DNA from: an uncultured Erysipelotrichaceae bacterium | GTDB taxonomy: Bacteria > Bacillota_I > Bacilli_A > Erysipelotrichales > Erysipelotrichaceae | Length of the DNA stretch: 6,163 bases | Assembly: GCA_964457525.1 (NCBI GenBank) | Contig: CAYWGS010000092.1 | Coordinates: 1 to 6,163 of the forward strand | Direction of reading: 5' to 3' | Shown here: in pieces, positions 1-4,780 of the stretch | Position numbering within the stretch: position 1 is the first letter of the stretch | Layout: every line of letters starts with the position of its first letter | Made by a program: the position numbers and the translations under genes | The notes under the pieces: generated by a model | What the model was told of the DNA's origin: nothing | Seen by the model: only the letters and a program-made list of their open reading frames with translations | Database searches by the model: none

Positions 1-1287
1 CTTTATATACAGAGTAAAGAGTTGGTTTCAGATTATTTAACGCGTTTACCGAACCGTTTAGCCTATGAGGGGATTGTTAAGCAATGGATGCATTCTAAAC
101 GCGATGTTGGAACGATTGTCATCAGTTTGAAAGACTTTAAGAATATCAATAATATCTATGGTCAAAAGAATGGGGATGTTTTATTAAAACGATTGACGGA
201 GTATTTAATTGGTTTGGTGGGTTCAATCAATGTCTTTCGATATTCTGGAGATAAGTTTGCGCTTATCTTTACCGATGAGCAATATGATTTTAAAGTTGTA
301 GTTTATACACTTGAGGAGCGTTTTAAACAAGCTTGGGATGTGAATGATTCGAAGATCTTTATCGAAGCGAATATCATTTACATTGATGTGAGTCATCATG
401 TGAAAGATGTGTTTGAACTTGTTTCTTTGATTGATTATTTGATTGAGAAGAACAAGGCGAATAATTATCGTTTGACGTATTTTTCAAATGATCAATCCAT
501 TCTTGAACTTTCCCGTCGCAATCAAATAACAGAGTATATGAAGAAAGCATTGAGTGAGGATCTGTTTGATGTGGCGTTTCAACCGATCTATAACACACAA
601 CTTAAAGCGTTTAGACAGTGTGAGGCTTTAATACGTTTACAGCATCCAACATTAGGTTCAATCTCTCCCTTTGAGTTAATTCCACTTGCGGAAGAGTCAG
701 GTCGAATTGTGGAACTCGGCTTATGGGTTCTAAAACGTAGTTTAAAGTTTTTAAAAGAGTGTGAAAAGTTGAATATCAGTATCGATGTTGTATCGGTAAA
801 TTTCTCAGTTATTCAGATGAATGATACGAATCTCATTCGAGATTGTGAGTCATTATTGAGTCAACATCCAAGTGTTCGGAATAAAATAGCGATTGAAATT
901 ACTGAGAGTATCTTTATCAGTGATTATGAACGTGTCTTGCATAATATGGTAAAGATGAAAGAAATGGGATTCCGTTTTTATTTAGATGATTTTGGGACAG
1001 GGTATTCAAGTGTTATGAATGTTATGAAATTACCCTTAGCATTAATTAAGATTGATAAATCTTTGATTTATGAAGCAATCGCAAATAGTCATCATTATAA
1101 ATTGTTAAGTGGTTTATGTGAAGCGTTTAGAGAATCTGGTTTAGGTGTATTAGCGGAAGGGGTAGAAACTAAGGAACAACTTCTTTCGATTCAAGATCTA
1201 AGGATTGATTGTATTCAGGGCTTTCTATTTGCGAAACCGATGTATCAGAAAGAAATAATTCAATTTCTAATTGAAAATCAAGTCTAG
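1..1287 (+). CDS. c-di-GMP phosphodiesterase with a degenerate GGDEF domain and an EAL domain (5'-partial, continues upstream of the window)
   Basis: Frame 1 has no stop from nt 1 (LYIQSKE precedes the TTG at 22 used by the ORF track), so the gene most likely starts upstream of the window. The GGDEF-domain entry motif DYLTRLPNR is present. The GG(D/E)EF position reads RYSGDKF (nt 244-258), and there is no RxxD I-site upstream of it. EAL-domain signatures are all present: QPIY, EALIR (EAL at nt 622-630), VNFS, EITES, DDFGTGYSS, KIDKS, AEGVET and QGFLFAKP. The stop codon TAG is at 1285-1287. Confidence 0.86.
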   Translation, partial: LYIQSKELVSDYLTRLPNRLAYEGIVKQWMHSKRDVGTIVISLKDFKNINNIYGQKNGDVLLKRLTEYLIGLVGSINVFRYSGDKFALIFTDEQYDFKVVVYTLEERFKQAWDVNDSKIFIEANIIYIDVSHHVKDVFELVSLIDYLIEKNKANNYRLTYFSNDQSILELSRRNQITEYMKKALSEDLFDVAFQPIYNTQLKAFRQCEALIRLQHPTLGSISPFELIPLAEESGRIVELGLWVLKRSLKFLKECEKLNISIDVVSVNFSVIQMNDTNLIRDCESLLSQHPSVRNKIAIEITESIFISDYERVLHNMVKMKEMGFRFYLDDFGTGYSSVMNVMKLPLALIKIDKSLIYEAIANSHHYKLLSGLCEAFRESGLGVLAEGVETKEQLLSIQDLRIDCIQGFLFAKPMYQKEIIQFLIENQV

Positions 1288-1302
1288 AGATAGACTTTTT
1301 TT
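1280..1302 (+). terminator. Candidate rho-independent terminator of the GGDEF-EAL gene
   Basis: AGTCTA (1281-1286) and TAGACT (1291-1296) are exact reverse complements around a GAGA loop. The A1280-T1297 pair extends the stem to 7 bp. The stem runs into a T-run that reaches 1302 (TTTTTT at 1297-1302). The stem is short and AT-rich and overlaps the stop codon, so its strength is uncertain. Confidence 0.5.
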
Positions 1303-1319
1303 CTGGTTAAGTTTATAAT
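1291..1319 (+). promoter_or_regulatory. Candidate sigma-A-type promoter of the metalloregulator/ATPase operon
   Basis: A -35-like TAGACT (1291-1296, 4/6 match to TTGACA) is followed by a 17-bp spacer and a perfect -10 TATAAT (1314-1319). This lies 37 bp upstream of the ATG at 1356. Confidence 0.45.
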
Positions 1320-1345
1320 ATGAATATATGAGCAAGTATTCATAT
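1318..1345. promoter_or_regulatory. Inverted repeat, candidate ArsR/SmtB-family operator
   Basis: ATATGAATA (1318-1326) and TATTCATAT (1337-1345) are perfect 9-bp reverse complements separated by 10 bp. The repeat has a TGAA...TTCA core like known ArsR/SmtB operators. It abuts and overlaps the -10 TATAAT and sits just upstream of the RBS AGGAG (1347-1351). Confidence 0.5.
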
Positions 1346-1355
1346 AAGGAGAACT

Positions 1356-1646
1356 ATGCGTAAATTAAATGAGGATGAATATTTTGAGTTAGAACTCATA
1401 TTTAAGATGATGGCGGATGCGACTCGTCTACGTATTTTCGAAGTCTTATTCGAAAAAGAACGTAGTGTAAATGAGATTGTGGAAGAATTGGGCATTTCTC
1501 AGTCTGCGATTTCTCATCAGTTAGCTCAATTACGTAAGGTTAAATTAGTGAGTGCTGAAAGAGTCGGTCAAAGCATGATCTATCGTTTGAAGGATAGTCA
1601 TGTGAAGACGATTTTCAATCAAGCTCTAGAACATATAAGGGAGTAA
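1356..1646 (+). CDS. ArsR/SmtB-family metalloregulatory transcriptional repressor (alpha5-site, Zn/Co-sensor type)
   Basis: The 96-aa protein has the classic ArsR winged-helix core ADATRLRIFEVL...SVNEIVEELGISQSAISHQLAQLRKVKLV. It contains no cysteine. Its C-terminus has D80-x-H82-x10-H93-x2-E96 (nt 1593-1643), which is the alpha5 metal site pattern of SmtB/CzrA. The RBS AGGAG lies 4 nt upstream of the ATG. Confidence 0.9.
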   Translation: MRKLNEDEYFELELIFKMMADATRLRIFEVLFEKERSVNEIVEELGISQSAISHQLAQLRKVKLVSAERVGQSMIYRLKDSHVKTIFNQALEHIRE

Positions 1647-1647
1647 T

Positions 1648-3717
1648 ATGAAAACCATTGTGTATCACATCGACGGACTGGATTGTGCGAACTGTGCATT
1701 GAAGGTCGAACGAAAATTAAATACAAATCAACACATTAGTGAAGCGCGTGTTGATTTTGCCAAGAGTAAAGTTTTTGTCAAGGTTAAGGATGATCATCTC
1801 AATGATGAGCATTTAAGACTTATTTTAGATAAGGATGTTAAGAGTGTAGAAGACGCGACACTTCGATCTGTGAATGAACATAAAACTAAAAAGGGTTTGG
1901 ATTTTGAATCCATTAGTTTAGGTGTATTTACTGCTGTGACTTTATTGTCTTTCTTTATTGAATCTTCAGTGTTTGATGTTGTATTAATTATTGGTTATCT
2001 TATTGTAGGATATCCAGTGATACGTAAAGCCGTTCAGAATATTCGAAATGGGGAATGGTTTGATGAATTTTTCCTTATGACTATCGCAACCTTCGGTGCA
2101 CTTTATCTCGGTGATTTTGCGGAGGCTTTAGGGGTTATGGTGTTCTATCGTATTGGGGAAGCCATTCAAGAATATGCGCTGGATAAAGCGCGTAATAAGA
2201 TTAGCGATTCACATGAGAATTTGAAGTCTCAAGTGATTAAACGTGTAAAGGATGAACAGATTTTAGTAAATGCGGAAGAGTTGCATGTAAATGATCAGAT
2301 AATCATTCAAGCTGGTCAAGTGATTCCCGTAGATGGAATCATTGTGGAAGGAAGCAGTGAGTTAAATCTTGCGCATATTAGTGGTGAATCGAAACCGGTA
2401 AGTGTTGAAGCAGGGATGTCTGTTTTATCGGGTTCACTTAATATGAATGGTCGCTTAATTGTTCAGGTGAAAGAAACATTCTCAAATTCATATGAACAAA
2501 GAATTCAAAAATTAATTGATGAGACCTCGTTGAAGAAAGCACCACTAGAAGAAAGTATTACACGTTTCTCAAAACGTTATACACCGATTGTGCTTAGTTT
2601 AGCTCTATTGGTATTGGTTGTTGTAAGTTTCAATTCTGGATTTGAAGTGGGATTAAGAAGAGCACTTATTTTCTTAGTTGTTAGTTGTCCGTGTGCTTTA
2701 CTTATTTCTGTACCATTATCCTTTGCGGCTGCGATCTCTAAGGCAAGCCAACAAGGCATCATCGTTAAAGGTGCATCTGTTTTACAAGCGTTAAGTGAAA
2801 TTAAAACCATTGTGTTTGATAAAACAGGGACTCTAACGAAAGGGAAGTTCGTGGTGGATAAGGTTGTGAATATGGATGATCAAGATGTCTTGATGATTGC
2901 GTCTCATGTTTTAAATTCTTCAACACATCCTGTCGCTCAATCCATCGTTAGAGCGTATACAGGTGAATATGAACTTAATCGAGTAACGGATGTACAAGAA
3001 ATAAGTGGGCAGGGTGTTGTGGCTAAGGTGGATGGTATATTAACGTTTGTTGGAAACAAAGCGCTCGCAAAATCCTTTAATGTGAGTATTGATACAAATA
3101 TCTCAGGTGCATCCATTAGTTACATTGGAGTGGAGAATAAACTGTTGGGATATATTGTCTGCGAAGATGAGTTGAAAGAAGATAGTGTTGTCTTAATTGA
3201 ACATTTACATCGTTCTTCCTATCGTACATACTTAGTAAGTGGAGATTCTAAGGAAGAAGTTGAACGTATGCAAGCTCAATTGAACTTAGATGAAGTGTAT
3301 GGTGAGGTTAAGCCTGAAGAAAAATTAGCTTTAATTGAAACGATTAAACAAAGTGGTCCAATTATTTATATTGGGGATGGATTAAATGATGCGCCAGCGA
3401 TGGCATTAGCGGATGTATCGATTGCGCTCTTCAAATCTGGGAATGATCGTTTAGTGGATGTATCGGATATGGTTATCTTGCGTAAAGATGCATCGAGTAT
3501 TTATCATGCGATAAGTATGGCGAAACAAAGTATTCGTGCTGTTTATTTCAATTTAGCGTTTATTCTAATTATTAAAGGATTAGTATTATTACTCGCAAGC
3601 TTTGGTTTAACGCATATTTGGTTAGCGGTATTTGCGGATGTAGGGGTAGCGATTTGCGCCATCTTCTTCGCTTTAGGATTTATCAATCAAGGGAAATATG
3701 AAACTTTGCGTCATTGA
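1648..3717 (+). CDS. cadA: Heavy-metal translocating P1B-type ATPase, P1B-2 (Zn2+/Cd2+/Pb2+ export) signature
   Basis: The 689-aa protein has an N-terminal HMA domain with GLDCANC (CxxC, nt 1684-1695) and about 8 predicted TM helices. The actuator motif reads SGES. The TM6 motif is SCPCALLISVP, which fits CPCx4SxP (CPC at nt 2686-2694). The phosphorylation site is DKTGT (D at 2818-2820). The HP motif STHP and the hinge GDGLNDAP are present. TM7 has Nx7K (NLAFILIIK) and TM8 has DxG (ADVGV). The RBS is AAGGGAG (1637-1643), and the ATG lies 1 nt after the regulator's stop. Confidence 0.93.
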   Translation: MKTIVYHIDGLDCANCALKVERKLNTNQHISEARVDFAKSKVFVKVKDDHLNDEHLRLILDKDVKSVEDATLRSVNEHKTKKGLDFESISLGVFTAVTLLSFFIESSVFDVVLIIGYLIVGYPVIRKAVQNIRNGEWFDEFFLMTIATFGALYLGDFAEALGVMVFYRIGEAIQEYALDKARNKISDSHENLKSQVIKRVKDEQILVNAEELHVNDQIIIQAGQVIPVDGIIVEGSSELNLAHISGESKPVSVEAGMSVLSGSLNMNGRLIVQVKETFSNSYEQRIQKLIDETSLKKAPLEESITRFSKRYTPIVLSLALLVLVVVSFNSGFEVGLRRALIFLVVSCPCALLISVPLSFAAAISKASQQGIIVKGASVLQALSEIKTIVFDKTGTLTKGKFVVDKVVNMDDQDVLMIASHVLNSSTHPVAQSIVRAYTGEYELNRVTDVQEISGQGVVAKVDGILTFVGNKALAKSFNVSIDTNISGASISYIGVENKLLGYIVCEDELKEDSVVLIEHLHRSSYRTYLVSGDSKEEVERMQAQLNLDEVYGEVKPEEKLALIETIKQSGPIIYIGDGLNDAPAMALADVSIALFKSGNDRLVDVSDMVILRKDASSIYHAISMAKQSIRAVYFNLAFILIIKGLVLLLASFGLTHIWLAVFADVGVAICAIFFALGFINQGKYETLRH

Positions 3718-4258
3718 TTTTGAAACAGCAAATCAACACAGTGCATCGGCCTGTAGTATTGGCTTGATGGTTGTGGAAAATGGAGAGGTCTTGCATGAGG
3801 CGGTCTATTTGATTCGGCCTCATGTTAAGGTTGCTTATTTTAGTGAAAAGAATATTTCAATCCATGGGATTCGTTATGATGATGTGGAATATGAAAAGGA
3901 GTTTGATGCGATTTATCCAGAGTTAAGACCGTGGTTTGAAGATTCGGTTCTAATGGCGCATAATGCGGCATTTGATATGGGTGTTTTAAGTTCTTTGTTT
4001 AAACTCTATCAGATTGAAACGAAGCCGCTTAAATACATTGATTCACTTGAGATTGCGCGTAAAGTTTATCCTTTTTTACGGAATCATAAGTTAAACACAG
4101 TGTGTGAACATCTTGATATTGAACTTAATCATCATGAAGCTTTGAGTGATGCGAAGGGGTCTTGTTTGATTGCGTTGAATACAATGGCAATGATGGATGA
4201 TTTTGATTTAGAATCGTTTATTGATCGATTAAATTTAAGAATTAATTGGATTATCTAA
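3698..4258 (+). CDS. DEDDh-family 3'-5' exonuclease (DnaQ/PolC-exonuclease-like, stand-alone)
   Basis: The 186-aa protein has Exo I VIDFETAN (D7, E9) at the extreme N-terminus, Exo II AHNAAFDMGVL and Exo III HHEALSDA (Hx4D). The ATG at 3698 is preceded by AAGGGA (3689-3694). The start overlaps the ATPase 3' end by 20 nt. Confidence 0.85.
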   Translation: MKLCVIDFETANQHSASACSIGLMVVENGEVLHEAVYLIRPHVKVAYFSEKNISIHGIRYDDVEYEKEFDAIYPELRPWFEDSVLMAHNAAFDMGVLSSLFKLYQIETKPLKYIDSLEIARKVYPFLRNHKLNTVCEHLDIELNHHEALSDAKGSCLIALNTMAMMDDFDLESFIDRLNLRINWII

Positions 4259-4264
4259 ATATGC

Positions 4265-4293
4265 TTGCAAAATGCGTTGTGTTTCGTTAGAAT
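4265..4293 (+). promoter_or_regulatory. Candidate sigma-A-type promoter (P1) for the pyrophosphatase-like/rlmCD pair
   Basis: TTGCAA (4265-4270) is followed by an exactly 17-bp spacer and TAGAAT (4288-4293). Each hexamer matches its consensus at 5/6 positions. This predicts a leader of about 90 nt containing the palindrome. Confidence 0.55.
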
Positions 4294-4307
4294 GTATAAG
4301 CAACATC

Positions 4308-4364
4308 AAGTTGAAAATTTACAAATGTAAATCTTTTATTCTTTACATTTGAATTTTCAAGCTT
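4308..4364. repeat. 57-bp imperfect palindrome or long AT-rich hairpin in the intergenic leader
   Basis: The left arm AAGTTGAAAATTTACAAATGTAAA (4308-4331) pairs with the right arm TTTACATTTGAATTTTCAAGCTT (4342-4364). I count 22 base pairs (10+9+3), interrupted by a 2-nt bulge and a 1-nt bulge. The loop is 10 nt, TCTTTTATTC. No U-run follows the structure. Confidence 0.7.
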
Positions 4365-4370
4365 TACAAT
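4342..4370 (+). promoter_or_regulatory. Weaker alternative promoter (P2) embedded in the right arm of the palindrome
   Basis: TTTACA (4342-4347) is followed by a 17-bp spacer and TACAAT (4365-4370). This would give a very short leader of about 11 nt that starts just before the GAGG RBS (4379-4382), so it is less convincing than P1. Confidence 0.3.
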
Positions 4371-4387
4371 AAACGTACGAGGTTACT

Positions 4388-4780
4388 ATGAATCAATTAG
4401 AAAATAACGCGTTTTTCTGGCAGAAGTTAGATAGTATATATTTTGCATCTTCAATTGTGATTACGCAGCCCCAAGGGTCTTTTCACCCAACTTTTAAAAA
4501 TTTAATTTATCCTGTGGATTATGGTTACCTTAATGAAACATTAAGTCAAGATCAACTAGGGATTGCGATTTATAAGGGGAAGGGTTCTGCTTTTTCAGTA
4601 GAGGCAATTCTTGTTGCAGCGGATATCTTGAAGAAGGATATTGAAGTTAAATTGCTTGTGGGTTGTAGTCAAGAAGAAGTGGACAAGATTTTACGTTTTG
4701 TGAATCAAACGGAATACCAAAAGACAATTATTGTTCGTCGTGGAAATGAAGTTCCTAATTGGAGTAATCCGGATCTATAA
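4388..4780 (+). CDS. Small inorganic-pyrophosphatase-like protein with a degenerate acidic motif, function unknown
   Basis: The 130-aa protein contains GSFHP...IYPVDYGYLNET, which resembles the YP(V/x)(D/N)YG(F/Y)(I/L)..T core of family I pyrophosphatases and of the short Firmicutes proteins annotated as inorganic diphosphatase. That comparison is from my recollection, not a search. The following segment, where DxDxxD is expected, reads DQLGIAI (region nt 4508-4570). The RBS GAGG (4379-4382) lies 5 nt before the ATG. Confidence 0.6.
   Translation: MNQLENNAFFWQKLDSIYFASSIVITQPQGSFHPTFKNLIYPVDYGYLNETLSQDQLGIAIYKGKGSAFSVEAILVAADILKKDIEVKLLVGCSQEEVDKILRFVNQTEYQKTIIVRRGNEVPNWSNPDL

Noticed and set aside
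22-24. TTG at nt 22 as the true start of the GGDEF-EAL protein
   Set aside because: The same frame is open from nt 1 (LYIQSKE...), and no convincing SD precedes the TTG. GGDEF-EAL proteins usually carry N-terminal sensor or linker regions. The ORF-track start is therefore most likely an artefact of the window edge, and I report the CDS as 5'-partial.
374-598. 74-aa minus-strand ORF inside the GGDEF-EAL gene
   Set aside because: It lies entirely antisense to a CDS with strong domain motifs. Its sequence is low-complexity and rich in Ser, Gln, His and Asp, it has no recognisable motifs, and I see no RBS. It is a typical shadow ORF.
2380-2391. The actuator-domain motif reads SGES instead of the canonical TGES, as a possible sign of an inactive pump
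   Set aside because: Ser for Thr is a conservative change. All other catalytic motifs are intact (DKTGT, HP, GDGLNDAP and the CPC transmembrane site), so I see no reason to call the gene a pseudogene or the pump inactive.
2577-2810. 77-aa minus-strand ORF inside the ATPase gene
   Set aside because: It is antisense to the most conserved part of the P-type ATPase (the TM5/TM6 CPC region up to DKTGT). It has no start context or motifs. It is a shadow ORF.
1-4258. Functional link between the EAL phosphodiesterase (which produces pGpG) and the DEDDh exonuclease as an Orn-like pGpG-degrading enzyme
   Set aside because: The idea is attractive because Orn is a DEDDh enzyme. However, the two genes are separated by a terminator, a promoter/operator and two metal-homeostasis genes, and the exonuclease is coupled to the ATPase rather than to the EAL gene. 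Its motifs resemble DnaQ/PolC-type exonucleases generically. There is no sequence basis for the link.
4292-4330. 12-codon mini-ORF (MYKQHQVENLQM) in the intergenic region as a possible leader peptide
   Set aside because: Its ATG overlaps the -10 hexamer of the best promoter, so it would not be on that transcript. It has no RBS and its codon content is not suggestive of a regulatory peptide. The 9-codon ORF at 4261-4290 is rejected for the same reasons.
4294-4387. Riboswitch, T-box or c-di-GMP aptamer in the leader of about 90 nt
   Set aside because: The leader is essentially one long AT-rich hairpin. I do not recognise any conserved riboswitch core (no GEMM, T-box specifier or antiterminator, SAM, TPP or PreQ1-like motifs), and there is no terminator/antiterminator alternative with a U-run.
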